From contig NC_042998.1 of assembly GCF_006345805.1 (NCBI RefSeq), forward strand, positions 134,540,001 through 134,604,000: 64,000 nucleotides of DNA. The letters run 5' to 3'. Of this stretch, positions 39,790 to 53,099 are shown in pieces. The DNA comes from Octopus sinensis. Lineage: Eukaryota. The notes under the pieces were generated by a model. The model saw nothing but the letters and a program-made list of their open reading frames with translations, ran no database searches and was not told the origin of the DNA. Each line of letters begins with the position of its first letter. The stretch's first letter is position 1. The position numbers and the translations under genes are program-made.

Positions 39790-41140
39790 CCTCTCTAATG
39801 ACTATTGAGGCATGCCAGTATGCTTGCAGCGTTGCCGTGGGTGATGTACTGGAACAACCAAGCACTCTTATGAGCTTCACCAGTTACCCCAGCTAGGCGA
39901 ACTGCCAGTGAAGACAGGAATCTCATAGTCAGTGGTCTGACCCCACCAAACATCTCGAATGCCACAGGATGGAAAGTGTAGATGGCCAACGGATCGTGGT
40001 ATTTTGGGATTTTATTCCGCTCTGCCGCAGAAGTTGTGGATCTTGCCCTGGCCGCAGCATCCAGAATTTGTGAAGAAGCAAAGTAATCGCTAACTGTGAC
40101 ATCCCAGACAAGGCATCTGCCTCTCAACCTAGGGGCACAGGGTGAAGCCATCAGGTCTTTTCCCATCACATCTGGACAACCAAGATGGTTCCAAGATGGA
40201 GGGGATGTTTGCCTGGGCCAAGTTCCTCTTGAGTATAAGGTTTAACTCCATATGTCATGTAAAGTGACCAGCATTCAGGCAACAAGAAAGGCCATGGAGA
40301 CCTGTGGAGTCAAGGAGTTTACCACAACAACAGCTCAAACCCAAGCATATGTCAGTTCCCACTCTGGAGCAATAGAGACACAAAGTTCATCCAAGCTGAG
40401 TAGGCCACCAACGTTATCCACAAGGATGGCATCAATCCAGTCACCTGAGTATTTGGCACTTGCAGACAGTAAGCGGCACCTTGAAAACTGGTCCGACTAA
40501 ATGAAGAGGGAGTCAAAGGTGGCCTTCGAAATTATGTTGTCCCAAGCTCTCTGACTCCATTAGTCCTCCAGCTTCTCAGAAGTAGACAAGCCCAATTCCC
40601 TCCAGTGTTGGAGTGCTTCATCTAACTCTCTGTTGGAACTGGTCTATGTTGGAGAGGAGATGTTGCTCACCAAGGTGGAACAGGCATGAGTGGAGGAAAG
40701 GAAGCAGGGGAGAGAGAGGGATGAACACTTACAAAGACCAAGACCCCCAAACTGCTTGGGCAATACAGCCTGATTGTAGGACATTGGAAAGAGTCTGACA
40801 CTTGACCAAGCATTTGAATCTCTTGAAGATTAGGTTGCCGAAGCATCAGAGGTAAGATGGCTATCGGTGAGAGGAGCTGACTCAGAGCAAATATAGAAGC
40901 TTAGGGATTGAAAGATAATTTCTAAGTATGAAGAAACCTTGATGGGGTTCAATTGCTTCAATATTTTTCAGCAATTGCTCAAGGGCAGCCACTGTTGACT
41001 GGAAGATGAACTCAAAGACAAGGTCAATAATTGGGGCTCCAAAGGATCACCAAACCAATGAAGGAGGGACTGAAATGGAAGGGAAGGACTCTGTAAATAG
41101 GTCTATAGTTTGTTGATGGGTGGTTGAGCATCTGTAACAA
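39790..41140 (-). mobile_element. CRE-clade non-LTR retrotransposon 3' fragment (CCHC finger plus restriction-like endonuclease)
   Basis: GAPI..RNYLSIPKLLYLL; CCCGKLLDSTGLHGLSC..H; EPSWLSRCDGKRPDGFTL..GRCLVWDVTVSD; PVAFE..GNAASILAC. Confidence 0.75.
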
Positions 41141-41159
41141 TTTCCTTCTAGACAAACAA

Positions 41160-41191
<32 letters not shown>

Positions 41192-42199
41192 CATCATCAT
41201 CATCAAACAGTACTACCACCTTCCTCACTATCATCATCATTACTGCTCTGTGTCTGCTCTGGGACTTTCAGAGGCAGTATTTTAGTCTTATAGCCAGATG
41301 CCCTTTCTCTTTCCAGTGCCAACACTCTCTCTCTCTCTCCTCCTCTCTCCCTCCCCCCTCACACACACACACACACACATCACCAGTAGTTAATATATCT
41401 GAAAAAGAAGCACACTAAAACATTTGACCAGTAATATATTTAGAAGGTTGTTTGTTATAGCTGTCAGAAAGTGACCATTGGTTTTGTACCTTTTTTAGCT
41501 GTCAGACTCAAATGGCTGAGTGGTAAGAAGTTAGCTTCCCAACCAATACCTTGTGAGTAAGTCTGGTAGATAAAAATTGAAATAAGGAGCCAATTGTATA
41601 AGGAGTAGACCTAAGAAAATGTAGGACAACATGGTGAGAAAGGATCTTCAGATGTTGGGCCTCACACAGGGGATCACAGGGTACCAAGACTTCTGGCAGT
41701 TTGCTGTGCTTGAGAAGACACATCTAGCTCGGTAAATACATGGTCATTCTTGAATACAGGCATGTCCCCTGCGTCCCTCTTCTGCTGAGTGTTCCTAATC
41801 TTCCAGGCTTGTGGGTGTTGGTGCCACATAAAAAACACCCATGCCTGTGCCATGTATGAGAGGATCCCTGCCAGTGCTGCGTAAAAGCAATCAGTACACT
41901 CTGTAAAGTGATTAGTGTTAGGAAGGGCATCCAAACATGGGGCCCAGGTAGCTCTCCAACTGATCAGCTCCTATCAAACTGGCCAACACGTGCTAGCATG
42001 GAACATGAGATGATGATGATGATGATGATGATATATAAATATGTATTTGTATATATATATGTACTTATACATACGTGTATATAAATATATAATTTCTATC
42101 TATTCATCAATTTATCTATCTATCTATATCTATCTATCTAGCTAGCTATATATCAGGCACTGAATAACATCTCCCCTCCCCATGCTTCCTCCTACATTC

Positions 42200-44690
42200 C
42201 TTTCCCAGTCTTTAGTGTTGGCACTGTCAATGTAGACATACTGAAAGGTAGATCTAGTTAGATTGCAGAAATGCTTGAATGGAGACGTGTTGATGTATGC
42301 TGCTTACAAGAGGTAAGGTGGTAAGAAGCTTCAGCCAGGGTCCTCACAGGCAAGGCACACAGGTATAAAATCTTCTGGGAAGGTAATAGTGATAGAGTAG
42401 GGGGTGTAGGCATACTCCTTGTGGAGAAATGAATGGATAAGGTCATAGAGATAGTCAGGGTGTGCAATAGGGTGCTTAAGCTCAGGCTAGTCTTGCAGAA
42501 TAGCATAGCTACAATTATCTCTGCCTAAGCCCCACAAGTGGGCCTACCAAATGATTGGAAGGATCACTTTTATGATACTCTTCTACAGACTACCTCAAAG
42601 ATGAGTGGCAATGACCTCATCTTTGCAGCTGGAGATTGTAATGGGCATGTTGGATGGCAATCCAGTATCTTCCATGGTGTTCATGGGGGCCATGGAATTG
42701 GTTCCTGAAATGAAGAGGGAACTAGGCTACTGGAGCTCTGTGATGCATGCAACCTATTAATCTGCAACAAAAACATCAGGAAGCCAGACAGCCACTTGAT
42801 AGCCTATCAATCAGGTAACTCTGCAAGCCAGATTGATTTCATCCTCACCAGACAGCAGGATGCAATGTTGCTCTTAAATACAAAGACCTTCCCTGTTGAA
42901 GAATGTACCCCCCAGCATAGACTAGCTATTAGTGACTTTAGACTCAGAGCTAGAAGGATGCCAAGAAGCAGACCAATCCAGAAAAGAAGGATTTGGAAGC
43001 TAAAGGATCCTTCATATGGTCAGAGATTTAGGGACAACCTCATTGAGAAATTTGATGAGAGGGAGGAGGAGCTACAGACTTCGGACATAGAGGCTAACTG
43101 GAAATTCCTATGGGACAGCTTACTGAGTGCCACGGACCAAATCTGCGGCTGGTGCAAAGTCCCTTCCAGACCTAGAGTAATGTGGTGGTGGAATAATATG
43201 GTAGATAAAGCCATTAGAACAAAGAAACAGGCCTGGAAAGCCTGGAAGAGTAGGGGTAGCAGGGAACTGTACCAGATAATCAGAAGGGAAGCTGGGCAAC
43301 AGATATGCATAGCCAAGGGAGAAGCAGAAAAGAAGTTTGCCAATGTTCAGCGATGTGAGGGCCAAAGAACTGAAGTATTTCGGATTGCAAGGCAGTGTGT
43401 GAGAAAAAATTGTGATGTCACAGGAGAGAAATGTGTCCAAAAGGATGATGGAGCATTTGCCTTTAATGATTCTGCAAAGAAAGAGGCTTGGAAAAACCAT
43501 TATGAAATGCTGCTGAATGTGGAAAATGAAAGGGAGGAGGAGAGCCTGCCAATGTTGACCCAGTAGAGGGACCAGCTACCCGATTAGATAGTACCCTGGT
43601 AGATAAAGCAATTAAGGTTATGAAGTCAGGAAAGCCCCCATACCACCAGGAATCAATGCTGAGATGCTTAAAATATCTGGTGGTGTGGATTATGGCCTAG
43701 TCACCCATATTGTAAACCAAATGGTTCATGAAGGAGTCATATCCAACTGTCATATCCATAGTCAACTGCTTCAAAGGTAAAGGTGATGATTTAGATAGAA
43801 ATAACTACAGGGGGTCGAACTGCTGGATCAGGTGATGAAGGTCATGGAGAGGGTCATAGCCCAACTAATTAGGGAGAGAGTCTGCTTAGATGAGATGCAG
43901 TTTGGTTTTGTGCCAGGTAGAAGCACCACTGATGCTATATTCCTGGTATGGAAACTGCAGGAGAAATACTTAGCCAAATATAAACCCCTATACTTGGCTT
44001 TTATTGACTTGGAAGGAACTCGTGGAAAAGGGAGACCCAGGAAGACATGGAATGAGGTGGTGAAGCATGACCTTCGAACATTGGGCCTCACAGAGGCAAT
44101 GATGAAAGACTGAAACCTCTGGAGATATGCTGTGATTGAGAAAACACAGCAAGTAAATTGAGATCACAGCCATAGCCTACACCAGTGTCGCATAACCAGC
44201 CCATTTAAAAAGTACCTTTCAATCATCAGACAACATTCTGTGCTTGAGGAGACCTATTGAGTCAAGTAAAATCAAAATCAAAATCAAATTGAATCAAATC
44301 ACATTCAAATGGAAATTGTAGTTGTGGCCAATGCCAGTGCTGCTTGACAGGCTCCCATGCTGGTGGCACACAATAAGCACCATTCGTGTGTGGGTCGTTG
44401 CCAGTGTCACCTGACTGGCTCCCCATGCCAGTGGTATGTAAAAAGCACCATCTGAACGTGGCTGACGCCAGTGCCGCCTGACTGGCTCCTGTGCTGGTGG
44501 CACATAAAAAGCACTCACTACACTCTTGGAGTGGTTGGTGTTAGGAAGGGCATCCAGCTGTAGAAACATTGCCAGATCAGAGTGGAGCCTGGTACGGCCT
44601 CCTGGCTTGCCAGTCCCCAGTCAAATCATCCAACCCATGCCAGTATGGAAAACAGACGTTAAATGATGATGATGATGATGATGGTGATAT
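42200..44690 (+). mobile_element. RTE-clade LINE with AP endonuclease, internally deleted RT and 3' UTR
   Basis: GTVNV..DVCCLQEVRW, GDCNGHVG, SQIDFILTR, QFGFVPGRSTTDAIF, AFIDLE fused to GTRGKGRPRKTW, repeat units and (GAT)n tail. Confidence 0.9.
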
Positions 44691-44697
44691 ATATATA

Positions 44698-44935
44698 CAG
44701 TAATCCCTTGAATATTGCAGATGTTACACTCCAAAACCCACCGCAATAGATAATAATCCACAAAGTAGAAACAGTACTATACTGCATATTTTTTTTTTAT
44801 TATTTTTATAATTTGTATATATTTATTTTATTATAGATGCAAAACAACACCACAGAGGAATCGACGTAAGCTTAAATAATAAACTGCAATAAGTGAACCA
44901 CATTAGGTGAACTGTGATATGGCAAGGGATGCTCT
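44698..44935. mobile_element. Tigger/pogo-like MITE
   Basis: TA-CAGTAATCCCTTG start and degenerate caagggat end. Confidence 0.5.
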
Positions 44936-45112
44936 TGTTTCTATTACTTTGGAAAGTTGAACTATGAACTTTAATCGGTCATACTGCATCACTACTTGAT
45001 ATCTTGTTGCTTATTTTGATTTTACCTTACTTCGAGCTGTGCAGATAATACAAGACTGACTTGGTGGTTCAACTTAAGTACCTAATTCAACTGAATCTCA
45101 ATTATTTCTTAA

Positions 45113-45172
<60 letters not shown>

Positions 45173-45204
45173 TTGGGCTTCTGTTGAGTATGAATAGATA
45201 ATTG

Positions 45205-45478
45205 AAAAGATTTGGAGTCAGTAAGAAGGAATACAGTGGGGCATTTACTTTCAATCTTTACAATTGTTTCTACACAACATAGTTCTCCAGGTGTGCTGGT
45301 ACATGATTATGCAACTGTTTCCTGGCATTATGAGAAGAAACAGAGCTGGATCTCATAATGCAGGGAAGTGGTTGCATAATCAAGTACCTGCACACCTGGA
45401 GAACTACATTGCGTAGAAACAATTGTAGTGATTGAAAATAAATGCCCAATCATACTCCTTGTTGGCTCCAAATCTTTT
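45205..45478. repeat. ~270-bp fold-back element with a degenerate hammerhead-like motif
   Basis: aaaagatttggag...ctccaaatctttt; arms pair throughout. Confidence 0.85.
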
Positions 45479-46150
45479 TAATTATATATATATATACTAG
45501 CAGTATCACCTGGCGTTGCTCGGGTTTGTTTCGACCCTTTAGAATTGGAAATTTTGAAAATTAAAAATTTTACATTGTAAATTTGAATGAAATTGGTTGT
45601 GTAGTTCTCAAGTTTTAGGGATTCACACAGACAGACAGACAGATATAGCAGAAAACACATGCCATGTTACCACACAGTGTGACTGAACTGAGGACCATGT
45701 GTTTTGGAACCAAGTTTGTTACCAGACAGCCACACCTGCACTTATATATATGTGTGTGTGTGTATATGTGTGCATGGGTGTATATATGTATGCATGTATA
45801 TATGTGCTTATATATGTGTACATATTACATGTACATATATGTATATATACATCTACACATACATGTATACATATTGAAGATAAGGCAGGTAAAACAGCTG
45901 GTGCATTGAGGATAGTGGTTGAGATGCTTAAAGCATCTGGTGAAGTAGGATATGGGTCAGTCACTTGAAAAGTCAATCAGATGATATAAGCAGCTATCAT
46001 TACTCAATGATTGCCATAATAACATCGTGATAAACTGCTATAAGGCAAAGATGATACAGTAGAGATAAGGAATGACAGAGACATCAAATTGTTGAGCCAT
46101 TTATGGAAATTATGAGAAAAAGTCACTACGAAATTGATTGAGAAAGAATT

Positions 46151-46663
46151 AACGTAAATCCTCGAGTATAATCCACATTGTTTTCCCAAAATTTAATGGT
46201 CAAAATCCCTAGTGCGTATTACACACGAGGTTAAAAATGAAGATTATTTTCTAAGCAATGTCCTAGTCTCTGTTTGCTGTTTGGCAGTGTTTATTCAGAC
46301 GCATTTTGTGATGTCGGGCATGAAAATACCTTAAGCTAAGCCTGAAAGCAATGAAGTCATAAAAGAATCATCCATAACTTGCAGTAAGCAACATTTATTA
46401 AACGTTATTACTGTTTTTTCTTTATTTTCTGCAAGCAAAATGCGCAAAAATGCTACGCGTTTGCATTATGTTATATATACAATAATAATAAAGGACATTA
46501 CCGTATACATTTTTACAAACCAAGGATGTTATATAGACCTACTTGACTCAAGTTAGAGAAGGGATGCGTATTATACACAAGGTTTAGTTTTTTCAGAGGT
46601 ACAGCCCCCTAAAAATCCCGTGTATTATACTCAAGGGTGGACTATACATGAGGATTTATGGTA
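46151..46663. mobile_element. pogo/Tc2-like MITE
   Basis: TIRs cgtaaatcctcgagtataatcc / ggactatacatgaggatttatggta. Confidence 0.65.
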
Positions 46664-48281
46664 TCATCAGATGTAACTTAGTTTTTTGCTAAGTTTCTAG
46701 TGGGATAACAACAGGAGAAATACTTAGATATGAGTAAGCCCCTATATTTAGCATTTGTTTTCTTGGAGAACAACTATAACTATGCCCCACACTGTAATTC
46801 TATAAGATAGAAGTTATTAACAAAACTAAGCTAAGATGAAAGGCTTGTGAAGACTATTCAAGTCATGTACAGTTAGTAAGATGAGAGACTGCAGTGAGTT
46901 CAACAATAAATTTAGCATAGAGGTAGGGGGATCCCTTGAGGTGTAGCCCACTGTCCCTTCTTTTTATTATGATTCTCTAAGCCATAGCAGATGAGTTTAA
47001 GACTGGCTACTTGTAAGATCTGTATGTTGATGACCTAGGTCTTGTAGATGAATCTGTAGACAGTATAGAGAAGAAATTCCTGTCGTGGAAGTAAACTCTG
47101 GAATTGAAAAATGTTAAAGGAAACTTAAAATGCTGACAGAATTAGTAGCATGTCACAAAATTTTCAATGGCATTCCAGTTCATCACAATCTGAGCTCAAA
47201 TTCCACTGGATCAACTTTGCCTTTCATCCTTTCAGATTTGATAAAATAAGGTACTAGTCAAGTACTGGTATTGTGGTTGGTTTAACTGACTTGTCTCCTT
47301 TCCTCAAAATGCCAGCCTTGGACCCTGAAGCAGAGAGGCATTCTGTTCAGGGAAATGTTGTGATCTTGGTCCTTTACATGCAATGGAAACAGAGTAACCA
47401 GCCTTATGAATCCCAAAACTCAAGAAAAGAAATTAAAAAAGTGAAAATTGATGCCAACAGTTTCATAAGGAAGTGCCAATCTCTCAAAGTGGATTGAATT
47501 TGTGCGATGAAGTACTGAAGGACAACCTCAGGATGCTGAAATTTTTGAATGAGATGACAAAGGACCAAGATACCTGACACCTTGCTGTACTTAAGAAAGC
47601 CTGTCCTCCACAGCGGAAGTATTAAGGTTGCTCCTGCTGGTGAAAAGGATTGGCTGGCACGAGTCCTGTGCCAATGCCACATAAAAAACACTTGTGCCGG
47701 CATCACGTAAAAGTGCTCATGCATGTGCCACAATAAAAGTACCCAGCATCACACTCTGTAAAGTAGCCAACCATAGAAACCAAGCGAAAACAGATTGGAG
47801 TCTGGTACAGCTCTGGTCAAACCATCCAACCCATGCCAGCAGGGGATACAGACGTTAAAGGATGATGATGATGATGACGACGACTACAACAACGACGATG
47901 ATGAACTTAGTAAATACCAAAGTAAGAAAGGAGGTGGAAACCCTGCCATCATCAGGGAAATAGTCATGTTTGATATGCAGAAAAGGAGTTGGTAGAAATT
48001 CTATACAGTGTACCCAGTGTAAACAATGGATGTGCAAGAGGGATAGTGCTACGTAGCTTAAGGAAGATAGTTTAATGTCAGTGGAAAAGCTTTGCTGAAG
48101 ATGTAATCTTTCTTTTGTCCAATTAAATATAGTACTTCTGATGTACTGAGATATATTCAGTTCAATATAACCTGTGTTACATGTTGATTCTTTGTCTAGC
48201 CGAATCAATACCTAATGCAAACAGTATAAAGCATACAAGCACACAAACAAACACACACACACACAAAATCATACACACTCA

Positions 48282-48377
<96 letters not shown>

Positions 48378-48889
48378 ATCATACACACTCACAAACACAC
48401 ACACAGCCACAACAACAACCTGCAGATCACAAATTGCATTGGTTACATCTGCAATATGTCACCTAGTCTCAACAAAACAAGACAAATAAATCAATTCTGA
48501 ATTGAAAACATACTTTGTTGGTAAATATTGTGAATAATATTTATAAGTGTTCATTGTATATGTTAAGAGACTGCATCATCACCATCGTCATCGTAGTTGT
48601 CGTCATCATTGTCATCATTGTTATCATCCTCACCATTGCTGTTGCATTGTTGCCATTGCAATCGCCTTTATCATTCTTGTCATTTTTGTTGTCATAGGTA
48701 GACGTGATATTTTGATATTTTGTAAAATTGTTGTTATTGTTGTTCTTTTTCTTCTTTACCTTCTCTTTTCCTTCTCCTCTGCCTTATTATTGTCATCATC
48801 ATCATCATCATCATTCTACTTTCACTCAAATTCATGAAAAACATGGTTGTTTTCAAGCAAATACATACATACACACATACATACATACA

Positions 48890-48944
<55 letters not shown>

Positions 48945-49155
48945 AATCAATATTAATCAATTAATCAATTTTTTTTGCCACCCTATATTGATTAATTATG
49001 AATTTTCTGGTTAATTCCGTAATGGAATCGACGGCTTATATTTATTTGCTGCCGATAAATTTGGCGCGAGTGCGATGATTTGAAAATTTTAGGTCAGATA
49101 TTAACTTGGCAGGGTCGGAAATGCCTCGTGAAAATATCTGTTCCGACTTGTGGCT

Positions 49156-49262
49156 ATTTCTTACTGAAGAATCTGAGGGCCTATGGAAGATTGGCTTGAT
49201 TTAATTTAATCAGGTTAGTTTACCATTAAACAGCAGATGAAACGGTGCATCGTATAAGAAAT
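49156..49262 (+). ncRNA. Apparently intact type I hammerhead ribozyme
   Basis: ATTTCTTA-CTGAAGA-ATCTG..58 nt..CAGAT-GAAA-CGG TGCA TCG-TA-TAAGAAAT. 8-bp helix I, 5-bp helix II, helix III, GUA triplet. Confidence 0.8.
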
Positions 49263-49562
49263 TACAGGGTAAATGTTTTTTTAATTTTCTCCTGTTTACG
49301 GAATTGACTTTTATTTGCGGTTGAAGCTTTGGCTGTTATTTCTAGTGGGTGAATGGCCTATTATGGCCGTTCCTTGATTGTTGATATATATATATATATA
49401 CACTCTCGGAGTGGTTGGCGTTAGGAAGGGCATCCAGCTGTAGAAACACTGCCAGATTAGACTGGGCCTGGCGCAGCCTTCTGGCTTCCCAGACCCCAGT
49501 TGAACCATCCAACCCATGCTAGCATGGAAAACAGACGTTAAATGATGATGATGATGATGATG

Positions 49563-49596
<34 letters not shown>

Positions 49597-49606
49597 TATA
49601 TATATC

Positions 49607-49661
<55 letters not shown>

Positions 49662-49901
49662 GCAATTGGTGTTTTCATTATCTTTCTCCTGCTAGTCTCA
49701 AATATCCTACAACAAGTAAAGGGGCCATGCTTCCGTCTTTGACTAAATTATAATTTAAAAACAAAATCATGTATCATTCATTCAAATCTCCTCTTCCTCA
49801 TCTCCAATTTTACTGTTTATTTTCTCCCTCATCTCATCCATGTATTCAATATTTCCTGTAAAAGTTAGCTGGTGTCTTGGGCAAGTTCAGTTTTGGTACC
49901 C

Positions 49902-49933
<32 letters not shown>

Positions 49934-49936
<3 letters not shown>

Positions 49937-50143
49937 TAAAGATAGATATGGCCAGTTTATAGGGTTCCCCTGGGTTTCACATCCATAAATCACTTAGCTT
50001 TACAGCATTTCTTCATACCTTAAACCCATTTGAGAGGCCACAGGTCAATAGGTTTAGGGTCTGAAAAAATGCTGTGAAGTTAAGCTCTTTATGAGCATGA
50101 AACCCAGGGTAACCCCATAAACTGACCATATCTATCTTTATCT
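49934..50143. repeat. 210-bp fold-back element with two damaged hammerhead copies
   Basis: agataaagataga...tctatctttatct. Right arm GGGT-CTGAAAA-A-ATGCT..AGCAT-GAAA-CCCAGG-GTA-ACCC. Confidence 0.85.
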
Positions 50144-50720
50144 ATATATTATACTGCTCTATAACTTAGAGTGTGCTTCTTTTTTGGATTTGTAATTTAT
50201 TGACGATATATATGTATATTGCTGTATTGTCCAGACTATCAGACACTGTTATACATCGCTGGTCACATTGTGCTTCTAGTTCTTCCTTAATTGCTCAATT
50301 CTTTTCTGTCTTGTTCCAGATGACTTAATTGAAAATTTAAAGAGAAAAGAAGCAGGATGGAAGGTATTTGTCTCAAAGTATGTGCTCAAAGCAAAGCTGG
50401 ACAAGACCGTATGTGTCAGACACTTCAGTAGCACTGTCCTACCTATGCTCTTCCATGCAAGTGAGACATAAGTTACTTTGAAGAGGGAAGAACATCAATT
50501 GGCTACGATATAAAGAGCAGATAAAAGGCCATGGAAAGATCCATGCATGGAATATCATAACAAAAACATTTCACTGTTGCAGTTGTTTGCATCTTCTGCA
50601 TTGGATGTTCCAAGTGCAATTGGATACTGAACTGTAAGGGATCATCAGGAGAACACTTTATTGCATTATGTCATGGAGATCAAAAGGAACCACACATTTA
50701 TCTTACTTAATATTGCAAGG

Positions 50721-50773
<53 letters not shown>

Positions 50774-53099
50774 CGCGCGTAGTTAAAGAGTTCACTTCTC
50801 AACCACATGGTTTTAGGTTCAGTTCCCCTGTATGACATCTTGGGCAAGTAACATGTCTTCTACTAGTCACAAGCTGATCAAAGTATTATGAATAGATCTG
50901 GTAGATGAAAACTAAAAGGAGTCTGCAGCATATGTGTATGTTGGTGTCTTCATGTCTTAACATTACAAAACAAGCATTGTACAAGCAGTGATCTTGTTTC
51001 CAGTCTTTCAGGAAAGCATGTCCAGCCTTGGAAACAAGAGATTGTTGACAACAGAAAGGGCATCTCTCTGTAGAAGATCTGTCTTGACGAATCCCATCTG
51101 ACCCATACAAGCATGGAAAAGTGGATGTCTAAAATAATGGGAATAATGAAGATAATAAAGATGATACTGACGAAGACGACTGTGACGACAACGCCAAGAG
51201 CAGTTGGGTGATAAAACCAGTATAATGTCTGACTGACATTGATCACAAATTTTGGCAAAAGGCCAGCAATTTCGAGAGTGGGGTGTAAGTCGATTACAAT
51301 ACTCAACTGGGGCTTATTTTAACGATCCTGAAAGGATAAAAGACGAAGTTAACTTCGTAGGAATTTGAACTTAAAACGTAAACACGGATGAACTGTCGCC
51401 AAGCATATTGTCCAGTGTGCTAACAATTCTGCCAGCTCACCGCCTACGTCTAACAAATATTAAGCAGTATTTAGTTGTGTTCCTTTAATTGCGAACTGCA
51501 AATCCTGCCCGCGTTTGCATTACCTTTCATTCTTTCGATGTCTTATAATATAAATATCAGTCGATAAAATTAATCCTGAGTTCAACGTGTAATCGACTAT
51601 TGAACAACCAATATAAATCAATAAATTTCCCATAAATTTGGTAATTTCTTCAGACCAATATTTGATGAAAAAAACAAAAACAGTTTAAAATAGAAGGGAG
51701 AAGTTTCCAATGCAATCTATGATACATTTACCCAATTTTAGCCCTTTTGTTACCAAATTTATCTTGAAATACACGACATTAGCTGCAATTAATTTTGAAA
51801 ATAATGAAGTGTTTAGTAAAATTAATCTTCTTGGAACGTAAGGTCTTTTCATTTGTGTTCGATTTCAAATGTTCAGAGTTGCCTCCCTTGCAGCCAAGTA
51901 CAAAATTTTGCTAATCTTAAACATTTTCCCTAATCACCCGTGTACTGAAAACGTTAGAAATTAACATGTTTATCTTTTCATTTGTTATAGGAATATATAT
52001 TGTTGTTGATGTTGATGTAGTTGTTGTTTCCTTTTTCTAATTCATAAAAATAGTATGTAAATATCATTTGATGAATCATACAGAACAATAGTTCCTCACC
52101 CCACCACCACCACCAGTTCTCGTTGAAAGTTCATAAAATAGTAACTCTGATTTGTTCAAATGATCCAAAGTCCATTCAACAATAAATGAATAGAGGACAC
52201 TATTACATGCGCACACAGATACAAATGTGTGAATGTGTGTGTGTGCCTCATCACCATCATCGTCATCATCATCACATTTAGCATCCTTCTTCCTTGCTGG
52301 CATGGGTTGGACGGTCCAATAGGATCCAACAAGCCAGAGGGCTGTTTTAAGTTCCAATGTCTGCTTTGATGTGGTCTCTATGGCTGGATTCTCTCTCTAA
52401 TGCCAACCACTTTACAAAAAGTGTACTGGGTGTGTTTTTTTTATCAACACATAGCTTTAGTGAGGTCACCAAGTAACTCTAAAAAAAACCCCTTGAATGA
52501 GTGAATGTGTGTGTGGGGGGTGAGTGGGTTGTAATATTACAGGAGGTGGCTTTATGCAACATCATAACTATACAGCAATAGATAGGCATGGCTGTATGGT
52601 TGAAAAGTTTGTTACCCAACCATCTGATTTCAGGCTTGATCCAAAAGTATAGCACCATAGGTGTCTTCTATTGTAGCTCTTGCCTTATTAATGCATTATG
52701 ACTTAATTTGGGAGATGGAAACAGTAAAAGTCTGTTTAGATATATTTGCATTATCAAATGGCACAAATTAGTAATGGTAAAGGTTTTAGTACATAGGAAA
52801 GAAGACAGGACCCTTGTATTTTCAGGGAAAGAACCTTGCTTAATAAGCATAAAAAAATAGTAAATATAAACTCCACAAGATGTACCCAATGTAAGTTATA
52901 GACATGCAAGAAATGTAGTGGAATCACAGACAGACAAACAGAAAAAGTAAGCTTTATATGTGATGGATGTACTGGAGCAGTAAGTACTAAAGTACTATGA
53001 GCACACCACCACAAATAGATTCTTTTAAATGTCCAGATGACTCACTAGAGTAGCTTTTGTTACCTAGGAGACATAATTAGCAAGAAAGGTAATTGCTCT

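Noticed and set aside
47985-48050. Cys-rich peptide GVGRNSIQCTQCKQW (also ~52860-52930)
   Set aside because: Matches the C-terminal finger of RTE LINEs; decayed fragments, not a host gene.
49100-49220. CpG-rich region as a promoter/first exon with donor cag/gttagt
   Set aside because: Better explained as a young hammerhead-bearing insert; no coding continuation. Not fully excluded.
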